A stretch of DNA of 64,000 nucleotides, taken from IMG/VR virus record IMGVR_UViG_3300007759_000001; one strand, 5' to 3'. The position numbers and the translations under genes were made by a program. The DNA comes from an uncultured virus (IMG/VR IMGVR_UViG_3300007759_000001). Lineage: Duplodnaviria; Heunggongvirae; Uroviricota; Caudoviricetes. Below are positions 50,062 through 59,281 of this stretch, in pieces (the stretch's first letter is position 1; every line of letters starts with the position of its first letter). The notes beneath the pieces are model-generated. The model was not told where the DNA came from, made no database searches, and saw nothing but the letters and a program-made list of their open reading frames with translations.

Positions 50062-50260
50062 AGTAATCTGCGAGTTTTGCAGCGAAGAACTTGATTCTCG
50101 TTATTCAGCAATGAAGCGTGTGCTGTGCTGGATCAAACCGGGCAAGAAGTCGGGGATGAAACTCGTCCAAGAATGGGACGGTTGGGCGCACGTTACTTGC
50201 ATCGACATCGAAGCAAAGAAGTCGAAGAACCCCCAAGGTGAGGGACCGACCCTCTTCTGA
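50054..50260 (+). CDS. Small Cys/His protein
   Basis: CEFC...HVTC; overlaps upstream stop. Confidence 0.65.
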   Translation: MAKVICEFCSEELDSRYSAMKRVLCWIKPGKKSGMKLVQEWDGWAHVTCIDIEAKKSKNPQGEGPTLF

Positions 50261-50302
50261 CCGGGACTTGACAAGTCAGTTCCAATCTGCTATACTACAG
50301 TC

Positions 50303-50758
50303 ATGGACACTTCAATACTAAAAGAATTTCCCCAACTTTTGAACTCCCCGTGCGAACGGAAAACCAAGTTCGGCATGGCCCGATGCGGGTATTGCACCAC
50401 GGCTCGTTCGATAGCGAACGGTATGGCATTCGTCGTGAAGGGCGAGCGCCTTTCCATGAGGGACGGCATTGCCTACAACCTTGCCATTTGTGCAAAGCGT
50501 CTGGAGCAGTCCCGTCTTGACGACCCCGGCGATCCGATTGACGAGATCCGACGCGAAGGCGGGCGTATTCTAAAGAAGGGCACCAACGTTTTCGTGCAAC
50601 TCAAAGCGAAGAAGGGGACTGCCCGTTCCGAAGGTTACGTTGTCGAATGCTACGAGAACAACAAGGTTCGCATCTTTGTCAACGAACTCGGGACTACCAA
50701 GGTTGTTCCTGCCGATGAGTTCGTGATCGGACGCAAAGGCACCACGAAGAAGGACTAA
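50303..50758 (+). CDS. Hypothetical protein (Zn ligands + SH3-like C-terminus), leaderless-like
   Basis: ATG shortly after TTGACA-17-TATACT. Confidence 0.7.
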   Translation: MDTSILKEFPQLLNSPCERKTKFGMARCGYCTTARSIANGMAFVVKGERLSMRDGIAYNLAICAKRLEQSRLDDPGDPIDEIRREGGRILKKGTNVFVQLKAKKGTARSEGYVVECYENNKVRIFVNELGTTKVVPADEFVIGRKGTTKKD

Positions 50759-50794
50759 CTTGACAAGTCGTAAACCGTGTGCTATACTTATAGT

Positions 50795-50965
50795 ATTGCA
50801 ATCGGGATGACCGGATGAGTTTGTCCGTATCTGGTGAAGGCCACCCGTTATGAAAGGAAAAACGGACGAGTTACGCAGTTTCTGCATCGGTAAGTCCAAG
50901 TGCATTGGTTGATGCAGGAGAGAAGCCCCCGCCTATGACCTCTGGTCCCGTGCGGGGGCTTCTTT
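50795..50965 (+). ncRNA. Candidate structured ncRNA
   Basis: Own consensus promoter (50760-50788), stems TTTGTCCGT/ACGGACGAG and CTGCATC/GATGCAG, terminal hairpin AAGCCCCCGC/GCGGGGGCTT; no credible ORF. Confidence 0.55.
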
Positions 50966-51108
50966 ATTTGTTGTCCCACCAAGTCAGCACAAACAACACG
51001 GCGAGGGGAGCGATACACGCAACTGTAATGATTTCTAACCACACGGTAAGCCCCGGACTTGACAAACGACTTGCTTTGTGCTATACTAATACACAGGAGG
51101 AATAACTT

Positions 51109-52038
51109 ATGACTACTATTTACTACGATGACGCCTATGTCGGGACTGGTGCGGACTTCGATACCACCCGTAAGTCGGCAGATATCGCCAAACTCATCAA
51201 TAAAGATTGCTGGGTTGACATCGAACTGGCCGAACCGACAGCACAATCGTTGGCACGGGCCGAAAGTTTGATCCTTTCGATGCTTGATTCCGAATACGCC
51301 CACGCGTTGGCGACTGGCGAACCACGGAATCTTGCTGAATCCAACGGATTTTCGTGGGACGAAGGCATCTGGAACATGGCCGTGCATTCCACGGCGGGAG
51401 TTCTGAGTGCAACCGACGACGCCCTCGCTGGCGGACGCAATCACAGAATCCACGGAAGCCTTTCTTCGGGACTGCATCACGCAACCCCGTATGCGGGCGA
51501 GGGATTCTGCACGGTCAACGGACTTGCGATTGCTGCCTACTTTGCTCGCCATTACCTTGGCTTGAAGAAGAAGGTGTTTATCCTTGACTTCGACGCGCAT
51601 TGCGGCGGGGGAACGATGCAGTTCATGAACGAGTTTGGGATGGACTGGGTGGAACAGTACGACGTTTCAACCCAAGCGTTCGACACCTACAGGCCGACGA
51701 GTCCCGATGAACTCATCATCGTCAACGACAAAGAGGAATACCTGTCTACTATAACAGACTTGCTGAATCGTGTCAACTTTGACAACTGCGGCTTGGTGTT
51801 GTATAATGCAGGAGTTGACCCGTTTCCTTGGATCGGCTTCGACACGTTGGCAGAACGTGAGCAGATTGTGTTCAATCACCTGCGGGGCTTGGGCATCCCG
51901 ACGGCATTCGTGCTGGCGGGTGGCTACGTCATGTCCGGTTACAGCCGGAACTCGTTGGCCCACGCGCATCTGAACACGATTCTGGCTGCAAATGGTGATA
52001 CGTCGGTCGGTAACCCTGACTTGACATTGACTGGCTGA
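51109..52038 (+). CDS. Zn-dependent histone-deacetylase-family (AcuC/HDAC-like) protein
   Basis: GLHHA...GEGFC.VN, ILDFDAHCGGGT, YNAGVDP, LAGGY; promoter and AGGAGG RBS. Confidence 0.9.
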   Translation: MTTIYYDDAYVGTGADFDTTRKSADIAKLINKDCWVDIELAEPTAQSLARAESLILSMLDSEYAHALATGEPRNLAESNGFSWDEGIWNMAVHSTAGVLSATDDALAGGRNHRIHGSLSSGLHHATPYAGEGFCTVNGLAIAAYFARHYLGLKKKVFILDFDAHCGGGTMQFMNEFGMDWVEQYDVSTQAFDTYRPTSPDELIIVNDKEEYLSTITDLLNRVNFDNCGLVLYNAGVDPFPWIGFDTLAEREQIVFNHLRGLGIPTAFVLAGGYVMSGYSRNSLAHAHLNTILAANGDTSVGNPDLTLTG

Positions 52039-52056
52039 TCTGCTATACTAGAACTA

Positions 52057-52192
52057 AGGAAGTAGGAGGGTGTACGCACACCGAATAACGGTACGGCCAA
52101 AAGCGGTACTGCGGGTGCTTAGCCCAGCCGTGCCTGTAGTGGGTCGAAATCACTAGACGTATCTAGTTAGGTGGCACCCTCCTGCCTCCCCC
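52057..52192 (+). ncRNA. Candidate structured ncRNA / leader upstream of whiB
   Basis: Consensus promoter at 52021; closing stem GGAAGTAGGAGGGTGT / GCACCCTCCTGCCTCC. Confidence 0.55.
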
Positions 52193-52222
52193 TACCCCAT
52201 AAGCCCCGAAAGAGAGAGAACG

Positions 52223-52528
52223 ATGGAACCTAGACAAAGACACATCGGTGAAGAACGAGACTTTGAAGAAACAGCATGGGCCGACGACGCAGCATGTGCG
52301 GGCCATCCAACTGAAGTATTCTTCGTTGATGTTGGGAAGTCATCCAACATTCCGATTGCGAAAGCAATCTGTCGGAGTTGCCCAGTTCAGAAGGAATGCT
52401 TGGATTACGCCTTGCGCCAGAAGGAAGAGTTTGGCGTTTGGGGCGGGGCTACACCGGCTGAACGTAACAACATCCTGCGTTTGAGGGCCATTGACTTGAG
52501 TCATGTGGCTGACTTGACAAACGACTAG
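52223..52528 (+). CDS. whiB: Second WhiB-family transcription factor
   Basis: W...AAC....VFF...AKAIC..CPV..ECLDYAL...EFGVWGG.T..ER. Confidence 0.93.
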   Translation: MEPRQRHIGEERDFEETAWADDAACAGHPTEVFFVDVGKSSNIPIAKAICRSCPVQKECLDYALRQKEEFGVWGGATPAERNNILRLRAIDLSHVADLTND

Positions 52529-52549
52529 AAAGATGCTATACTAATACGC

Positions 52550-53068
52550 ATGAACAACTACAACGCTAACCTAATCAAATGGGCGTGCGAGGAAGTGGAC
52601 AAGCAGGGCGATAGTGCCCTATCTGTCCCCGGCTTCCTCACCGCATGGGACTTTGCCCATGCCACGCCGTATCCGTTACAGAAAACCATCAAGTGTCTAA
52701 ACGCAAGGGTTCGCGATTCGGTTCGGATCGCAACCTATCGGACCACACCGGTCACGTTCCTAAACGGAAACACCGGAGCGAAAGCCGATCAGATTCCACG
52801 ACTGATGGATCAACTTTGTGATTCAGACTTGTGGGACACGGATCGTCAGGCATTCGTTCTGGAGTTTCTAAAGATTCATCCGTTTGAGGATGGAAATGGA
52901 CGAGTGGCAGCGATTCTGATGAACATGGAGCGGTCGTCCTTTACCTTTCTCCCCGTTCCCACCGAAGATGGTTGGGACGAGGGTTACGGTAGTCAGGTCG
53001 AACTCATTGACTTTGAGGACGATGAGCATGGCTGTGGACGGCCCGTCATCACGATGAAGAACGTCTAA
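52550..53068 (+). CDS. Fic/Doc-family protein
   Basis: IHPFEDGNGRVA; YR...V. Confidence 0.88.
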   Translation: MNNYNANLIKWACEEVDKQGDSALSVPGFLTAWDFAHATPYPLQKTIKCLNARVRDSVRIATYRTTPVTFLNGNTGAKADQIPRLMDQLCDSDLWDTDRQAFVLEFLKIHPFEDGNGRVAAILMNMERSSFTFLPVPTEDGWDEGYGSQVELIDFEDDEHGCGRPVITMKNV

Positions 53069-53150
53069 AGGAGAGGGTGGGGAGAAATCCCCACCCCTTC
53101 TTTACATTCCTAGACCTAAGCCTCCTTGTAAAGAACATGGAGAGGAAACT

Positions 53151-53630
53151 ATGAGATTCATTAAGAACTATCAGACAGGTGAACACCTGTGGACTAAACC
53201 CATGAAACTCCCGCGCACAGTGCGGGGCCAACTCGCCTTTGTCAACGATCTCCACACCAAGATGATGATCGACTTTCACGACAAAGATCACGAACTGTAC
53301 AACCCCGAATACGGGTACGGTCGTGGAGCGAAGGGAATCAGCAGGGATCAGGTTGCCACATGGCTTCAGGAGTGTATGGAGAAGAGCGTGCGTTCCAAGA
53401 AGAAGGGCAAGCGTCCATCTTGGAGGAACTTGTGGCTGATGAACTCCCCCGTTTACGTCTGGTTTATGGGACGGAAGCCTTGGTGGGGACTTTGCTTGGA
53501 CTGCGGGCGAGGCTTTGAGGGCAAAGCCCTGCGTCGAAAGGAAATGTATTCGATGATGGGTGCCCGTCAACCCGGCAAGTGGATGACCGCACCCGGCGCC
53601 TGCTTGGAATGCGCGAAAGCCCCGGCATGA
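53151..53630 (+). CDS. Hypothetical protein with CxxC pairs
   Basis: GGAGAGG RBS. Confidence 0.7.
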   Translation: MRFIKNYQTGEHLWTKPMKLPRTVRGQLAFVNDLHTKMMIDFHDKDHELYNPEYGYGRGAKGISRDQVATWLQECMEKSVRSKKKGKRPSWRNLWLMNSPVYVWFMGRKPWWGLCLDCGRGFEGKALRRKEMYSMMGARQPGKWMTAPGACLECAKAPA

Positions 53631-53836
53631 CGCACAGCCAAAGCAATGTGGACGTTATCTTCTTTGAGGAAGAGGATCTTCTTACCAGAATCCAGATTCG
53701 TGAGTGGATCGAAGCAATCTCAGACGACGGCGAAGATCCACGGGACTACTTCATCTCTGTGATGGAGGATCAGCATGTGTTCCCGCCGATTTGGTGTGAG
53801 AACTTGTTCGGCAAGGATGACTTGGATCGGACTTGA
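53627..53836 (+). CDS. Small acidic hypothetical protein
   Basis: ATGA overlap. Confidence 0.6.
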   Translation: MTHSQSNVDVIFFEEEDLLTRIQIREWIEAISDDGEDPRDYFISVMEDQHVFPPIWCENLFGKDDLDRT

Positions 53837-53914
53837 CTTTGTCACACCCGAATGATAGACTATTGGTTCGTGGGGGAGAACCCTCCACTTGACAACAGAA
53901 TAGAAGGAGCAATC

Positions 53915-54175
53915 ATGCTTTACAAAGGTGCGTTTCTTGACGGAAACCCCTGCACATGGCTGGTTCTGGTTCGCAACACCACCCGTGAAATCGACTTCCC
54001 GTCTGATCTTTACGACGAGGTGGAATGCGGCGCACCACGAACGGCGGTTCATGAGAACGGTTCCGATGGTTGGACTTGCGAAGCGGGTCATCATCATTGG
54101 GAATACGGTTCTCCGATGCAGGCAGCCGAAGAAGCCGAAGAGGCTTGGGCAGAACGAGCCGGAATGGCTTGGTGA
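53915..54175 (+). CDS. Early microprotein
   Basis: Promoter, leader motif, AAGGAG RBS, terminator at 54185-54208. Confidence 0.7.
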   Translation: MLYKGAFLDGNPCTWLVLVRNTTREIDFPSDLYDEVECGAPRTAVHENGSDGWTCEAGHHHWEYGSPMQAAEEAEEAWAERAGMAW

Positions 54176-54324
54176 TCCGATCTAGCCCCCCACATCGGGG
54201 GGCTTTTTCGCGTGCGGAGTCGAATAGTCCCGAGTTTCGGTCGGGTTGGCGGGGCTTGCGGTGTCTAAAGGGGTGTAGACGCGAGAAAACCCCCGCCGAA
54301 GCGGGGGCGTTCTTCACTCGTTAG

Positions 54325-54439
54325 TGATCGGACAGGGAGTCGAACCCTGCAATACTTGGGCAACACGGTTTCACGCTGTAATACGCCACGCCGTGCAGTT
54401 ACATTACCCAAGGACACCGTGCCTCATCTTTGGCCGACC
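54325..54439 (-). ncRNA. tRNA-like RNA with greatly extended anticodon-position arm
   Basis: Acceptor-like GGTCGG/CCGATC-A, T arm CAGGG-TTCGACT-CCCTG, long stem CTTGGGTAA/TTGCCCAAG; own leftward promoter and terminator. Confidence 0.65.
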
Positions 54440-54578
54440 TCGTAATACTAAGTATAGCACAAGGGTGAGGCAATGTCAAGTCTGATTCGACTTGACAGGG
54501 GCTAGTGACTATGCTATAATACTTGTAGTGGGAGAAAGTACCCCGCTTAGTTGACAACTAAATAGAAGGAGAATCCCA

Positions 54579-54752
54579 ATGGGAATCACAACCGACCTCC
54601 GTAGCCGTAACGGGCGACCAGTAGGGACCGGATTCACCGGCCTAGTCCAATGTGACGAATGTAGCGATTACGGCCACATCGACACATTCGATGAGATGGT
54701 GGCCGGGGGGTGGTACACAAACATTGCAGGATGCGCCTGCCCCAAGGATTGA
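54579..54752 (+). CDS. Early microprotein (57 aa, Cys-containing)
   Basis: AAGGAG RBS; terminator follows. Confidence 0.65.
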   Translation: MGITTDLRSRNGRPVGTGFTGLVQCDECSDYGHIDTFDEMVAGGWYTNIAGCACPKD

Positions 54753-55131
54753 GGATTGGCCCCCGGCTTCGGTCGGGGGCTTTTCCGCGTCCGAAGTTGG
54801 ACTAAAGGCGTCGGCCCCGGCGGTAACCAGTCCCGGCATATGCCTTCATGAGTTCCCGTTCCAGTTCATCAGTCATAACTTGATTATGATAGTAATAATG
54901 GTTAGTTCTTGGCTTTAGAAGATGCTTTACTTTATTGAATAGAGTTTTCATTATTCTTTCTTGCTTGTCGGTCAGCCTTTATTCTACCGGATGAACTTGT
55001 GAATCGGTTCACTTGTTCTATGGCAGGCGTCACTAAGCCCCGAACATTCGTTCGACCATCGGGACTAAACGGGGGGCGGAACCCTAGACGCGAAGAAACC
55101 CCGACCGATTGGCCGGGGTTCCCTCTTGAGA

Positions 55132-55269
55132 TTAGATGAACTCTAGGAGATCACCGTCAGCGATTTCGTCGTATTCGACGCCGTTCGCTTCAGCGATTGC
55201 CTCCCAGAGATCGTCCTCGTCCACTGGGGCTTCCCAGTCTACGAGGTCCATCCAGTTTATGACTGTCAT
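55132..55269 (-). CDS. Acidic microprotein (45 aa)
   Basis: MTVINWMDLVDWEAPVDEDDLWEAIAEANGVEYDEIADGDLLEFI; AGGAGG RBS, promoter, terminator. Confidence 0.7.
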   Translation of the reverse strand: MTVINWMDLVDWEAPVDEDDLWEAIAEANGVEYDEIADGDLLEFI

Positions 55270-55482
55270 GGATTGCCTCCTAAGGCTATTTAGTTGTCAA
55301 TGAAGGGGTTTCCCTCCATGAAGTAAGTATAGCACACTAGGATGACATTGTCAAATCCGACTGACTTGACATTGTCTCACGGGTATGCTATACTTATTCT
55401 ATCAAGAAGGGATGGCGCAGATGCCCGTAAAGCGCCCCCGCCGCGGCTACGGCCCCAGCGGGGAACGAACGAAGGAGAAGCA

Positions 55483-55638
55483 ATGAAGATCGAACATGAT
55501 CTCATGCTTGTCGAACATAAAGGCACGCTTGCCGAGTTTCAGGCCCAGATGGAAGAACTCCATCGTTGGGCTAGGGGCGAGGGCGAGTGGAACGACGAAG
55601 CATGGGAAGCGTTGGATGAACCGACGCTAAACTACTAG
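55483..55638 (+). CDS. Early microprotein (51 aa)
   Basis: AAGGAG RBS; terminator follows. Confidence 0.65.
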   Translation: MKIEHDLMLVEHKGTLAEFQAQMEELHRWARGEGEWNDEAWEALDEPTLNY

Positions 55639-55736
55639 AAGCAGCCCCCACTCCGGTGGGGGTTTCTTCGCGTCCCCAATCAGTCCCGAAACTGTCATCC
55701 ACTTGCGGGGCTGCGGCGGATGAGATAGAATAAGAC

Positions 55737-55952
55737 ATGGCCCGAGAGAAGTACCGCCCGGAATCAAACTACGAAAACTTGACTAATCCTATTTATTGGG
55801 TAGAATGGGTTGATTCCGAGGGCGAGATTCGTCATTGCCTTCGTTCTTTGATCGGGATTCTCCCCGAAGGCACCAAGATCATCTATCCTCCGTCCCCGCA
55901 AGCCCCGAGGGCGCGAGAAAGCCCCCCACCGAAGCGGGGGGCTGACCACTAG
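55737..55952 (+). CDS. Hypothetical protein
   Basis: ORF track; C-terminus runs into terminator. Confidence 0.4.
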   Translation: MAREKYRPESNYENLTNPIYWVEWVDSEGEIRHCLRSLIGILPEGTKIIYPPSPQAPRARESPPPKRGADH

Positions 55953-56053
55953 GCCGGATCTGCCGGATCCTCGTAGCCCTCTCCGAAGAGATCCCATTGT
56001 TCGGGATGCTCCGCGTAGAAGTCCTCCGGGTAATCCTCGTAGAAGTCGTCCAT
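55949..56053 (-). CDS. Acidic microprotein (34 aa)
   Basis: MDDFYEDYPEDFYAEHPEQWDLFGEGYEDPADPA; AAGGAG RBS. Confidence 0.65.
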   Translation of the reverse strand: MDDFYEDYPEDFYAEHPEQWDLFGEGYEDPADPA

Positions 56054-56177
56054 GATGGCTCCTTGCCGTCGTGTGGGAGGCGGCCCCCTCCCACTAACCA
56101 CAAGTATAGCACAGGGCTAGGACAATAGCAAATCGGCCCGACTTGACATTGTCGTAAGGGTGTGGTATACTTATTGT

Positions 56178-56310
56178 GTTGAGTGAAAGCAGCGGAAAGA
56201 CCGCCGGGGACGCGAAACCCCGCACGGGCAGCACAAAGAAATGACCGACCGGCCCGCAGCAAAAAGTCTCCACCAATGGGTTATCCCGACAGGTGGGGGC
56301 TTTTTTTTGT
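56178..56310 (+). ncRNA. Candidate small structured RNA
   Basis: Promoter at 56143, hairpins GCGG-AAAGA-CCGC and CGGGG..CCCCG, terminator with T8. Confidence 0.45.
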
Positions 56311-56441
56311 CCCTCGTTACGTCCCGGCGGGCTGCGCCCCCTTCGGGACTCGCGCAGGTGCGCGGCTGCGCCCGCATAACGCCGACTTGACACTGTCATG
56401 CTGGTGTGCTAGAATACTGGTATCACGAAGGAGGTGATTTT

Positions 56442-56576
56442 ATGAGTTACATCCCTTGTGGCTGGCACGAACCCAGCGCCACTCAAATGAAGTGGCTGAA
56501 GGAAGAGCAGCGACGGCGCAACGCCGAAGCGGCTGCCGACTTCGCACGCGAGGTGGAAGAGGCTGATTTAGCCTAA
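56442..56576 (+). CDS. Early microprotein (44 aa)
   Basis: AAGGAGGTGA RBS, promoter, terminator. Confidence 0.7.
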   Translation: MSYIPCGWHEPSATQMKWLKEEQRRRNAEAAADFAREVEEADLA

Positions 56577-56819
56577 CCCACCACCGCCCCCCCCGCAAGG
56601 GGGGGCTTTTTCGCGTCTACACCCGCCCGAACCCCCGCGCCAGCCCCGAGGGCTGCGGCCCTATTCGGGACTCGCGCGCCCACGCGTGCGTGCGCGCCCA
56701 CGCGTGCGTGCGCCTGCGTGCGTGACTTGCCCCTGACTTGCCCCTGACTTGACACCGTCACAAGCGTCTGGTAAAGTATTGCTCGTCGGGGATCGTCCCC
56801 GATAATCCAAGGAGGCGTT

Positions 56820-57125
56820 ATGTATTTCAAAAATGCTCCTATCGTGGATTCTTGCTGGTACTGCGGGTGCGATTTGTACCTGCGTTACTCCTCGCACATT
56901 GAGGGTAGCAAGATCACGGGTAGGAAGTTTTACGGCCTAGTGGACCGTCATGGTCACGGTACCTGCTCCGTTTCACGGCCTTTCGCTCCAAACTGCAAGT
57001 GGCAGGACCACGAACCCATCATGGGTCGCGTGGGTGAACCCTTCGATTCGGATCGCGTGGATCGCTGCGTGACCGTGAAGGGCAGGACGCTCCTAGACAG
57101 AGCGAATCGCTACGTCGTAGCGTAA
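56820..57125 (+). CDS. Cys-rich hypothetical protein
   Basis: AAGGAGG RBS, promoter, terminator. Confidence 0.7.
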   Translation: MYFKNAPIVDSCWYCGCDLYLRYSSHIEGSKITGRKFYGLVDRHGHGTCSVSRPFAPNCKWQDHEPIMGRVGEPFDSDRVDRCVTVKGRTLLDRANRYVVA

Positions 57126-57167
57126 TCTTGGAAACCCCCCGAAAGGGGGGTTTCTTCGCGTCTGGGG

Positions 57168-57920
57168 TCAAACGGATTTAGGGCCATTCTGACCCCCCCC
57201 ACCGTAGGTGTAGGTCACTTTGGGGGCTGGGACGGGCTTGGGGGGGCTGTACAAGGCTGTGACGGCATTCCACGCAACAGGTGTGACCCTTGTTTTCGAT
57301 GCGAGTTCCGCAAATCCATCCAACGACATGTCTGCGCCACCGTAAACAACAATGTTTCGGTGCTCATTTCGGGGATAACCGTACGGCAAACGTACCCCGT
57401 TGCCTAGTCCTTGCCCTGTTAGCACCAACTGTTTCGGGTTGACCTCCACTGTCGGTGCATCAACTACGTTGCATGCACCGATCAGTCCTTCTCGTACTTT
57501 GCGCGCCGGGAGTGGTTCCTCAAAAAATACCCACAGGTGGTAGCCTTTGGATCGGGAGCGTTCTATCCATGAAGTTACTTGAAGTTGTTGTAGTACAGTC
57601 TGGAGGTTGACGGCGTGGGCTAGTGAGGCTTCTTCGCCTTCGTCAAAGTCTACGCACCCCCATTGGGTGACGTAGACGGCTGCGTCGTCTTCGGTGTTGT
57701 GTCGTGTCAACGGGTAAACACCGATGTTGGGTTTGTCTGCGTTGGTGAGGTGGTCTTCAACAGCCGTTGTGTAGCCTGCTCCTGTTGCTTTGTGCCATCC
57801 TCCGGCAGGGTTTTCCCATGGGCGAAACCCTTTATTGTCCGTGGGGTCGTCGGTGGCGATGTGTCCGCCTGCGAATAGGGCGGCGAACAGGTTTATTGTG
57901 TGGCGTGAGACATCTTCCAT
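57168..57920 (-). CDS. AEP-superfamily primase-polymerase domain protein, probably C-terminally truncated
   Basis: IGVYPL...WGCVDFD...ERSRSKGYHLWVFF...EVNPKQ...GNGVRLP. Confidence 0.8.
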   Translation of the reverse strand: MEDVSRHTINLFAALFAGGHIATDDPTDNKGFRPWENPAGGWHKATGAGYTTAVEDHLTNADKPNIGVYPLTRHNTEDDAAVYVTQWGCVDFDEGEEASLAHAVNLQTVLQQLQVTSWIERSRSKGYHLWVFFEEPLPARKVREGLIGACNVVDAPTVEVNPKQLVLTGQGLGNGVRLPYGYPRNEHRNIVVYGGADMSLDGFAELASKTRVTPVAWNAVTALYSPPKPVPAPKVTYTYGGGGQNGPKSV

Positions 57921-58217
57921 TGTTTCCTCTCCATCCCAGATGCTCTGTCGAAGTATTGGACGAGTTGCCCTGCTTCGATGATGTCTTTATTTGTTGTGAT
58001 TTGGTCGGAGCCGTGCAGGTAGTGTAGTGCTTGGGCGATGAGGCGTGTTTCGTCGGGGGACAGTATCGCTGTCGTGTATTCAGTCGTAGTCATCGATGAG
58101 TCTTTCTAGCAGGTCGATGGCTTCGATGGCGAGTTTGACGTTGTTGTCGTCGTTGCCTAGTCGCCGTAAGGCTCTCAGTATGAGCCATCGTTCACGGTTT
58201 TCTACTTCAAGCATCAT
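57893..58217 (-). CDS. Two small coupled ORFs (58080-58217, 57893-58093)
   Basis: Overlapping starts/stops upstream of the primase gene. Confidence 0.55.
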
Positions 58218-58379
58218 TTGTGGTACAACCGTTTCTTATAAGGAAGAGGTGCAAAGAAACTCCAGTTATTTTGTAGGTCGATAAGTATTCGACTAACGGT
58301 CATCGTCGGGCTCGGCTCACGCGACTGATCGCTTTGGCGCAGTCGTCGCCCATGGCCCACAGAGGCGCTAATACGGGGT

Positions 58380-58820
58380 TTAGGGGCCAAGATAGTTCTC
58401 TTCATTCACTATGGATTCGCACTGGCACTCATCATGACACGGGTAACCCAACGCGTGAATATGAAGTTGCGCCGTCCCTATCACCGCTTTCACACTCTTC
58501 GTCATCTGTCGATAAAGAAGTTCAGGATCATCACCACGCATCAGATCAAACGGCCCCATCATCACAGCGAACTCCGCCTGCTCCAATCTGTTGTCCGAAT
58601 CCACGATTGCCATGTGTAGCCCCGCATGGGCGCACAACATGCGGGACGAAGGGAGATGTTCTTCATCACAGTCAGCCCAAAGTTGATAAGTATCTAAACG
58701 ATAAGAGAACTGATAATAGTTTTCTACTTCAACTTGTTCCGACAACATTTGGTTGAACGAGATGAACTTGCCAAAGAGTTTGCGCGCCTTCTCGTAACTG
58801 ATCGCCATGAAGGACATCAT
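58380..58820 (-). CDS. Hypothetical protein
   Basis: 146-aa ORF. Confidence 0.6.
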   Translation of the reverse strand: MMSFMAISYEKARKLFGKFISFNQMLSEQVEVENYYQFSYRLDTYQLWADCDEEHLPSSRMLCAHAGLHMAIVDSDNRLEQAEFAVMMGPFDLMRGDDPELLYRQMTKSVKAVIGTAQLHIHALGYPCHDECQCESIVNEENYLGP

Positions 58821-58917
58821 AAGCCCCGCAGTCTGTTGAGTAGTGGACCTCCTTGAAGAAGCGGGGCTAAAGGGGTGGAGGGGAGGCTTTCGCCCCCCCC
58901 TCCGAACACCTGTTCGA

Positions 58918-59157
58918 TCAGACGATCACTTCCGTCTGAACGATGTGGCCCTCGTTCTCAAGATAGGTGTAAATCCACTCCCTGACCGCTGTGTCAGTCA
59001 CCTCAGGGTGACCACACGCTGTCACCTCCGCTTCGACTCGCCCTACCAGCGCCTCCGCAGTGACTGCGTGGGTGAAGGACAGGACGATCTCCAGTTGGCG
59101 CTGGAGGGACGCTAGGACCATCCTGTCGCCCTCATGGGTGTACATGCTGAACTGCAT
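58918..59157 (-). CDS. Early microprotein (79 aa)
   Basis: GAGGAG RBS, leader motif, promoter, terminator. Confidence 0.7.
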   Translation of the reverse strand: MQFSMYTHEGDRMVLASLQRQLEIVLSFTHAVTAEALVGRVEAEVTACGHPEVTDTAVREWIYTYLENEGHIVQTEVIV

Positions 59158-59281
59158 GTTGTCTCCTCTTGTTGTCAACAAGTGGGGCGCTTCCCCACTA
59201 AGAAACAGTATAGCACACTGGTATGACAGTGTCAAATCGGGCTGACTTGACAATGTCACACAGGGGTGCTATAATACCTAC

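Noticed and set aside
50848..51600. 250-aa minus-strand ORF
   Set aside because: Antisense to the deacetylase gene, no recognisable motifs
56178..56240. c-di-GMP-I riboswitch (GGGACGC..A resemblance)
   Set aside because: Other conserved elements are not found; kept only as a generic ncRNA candidate
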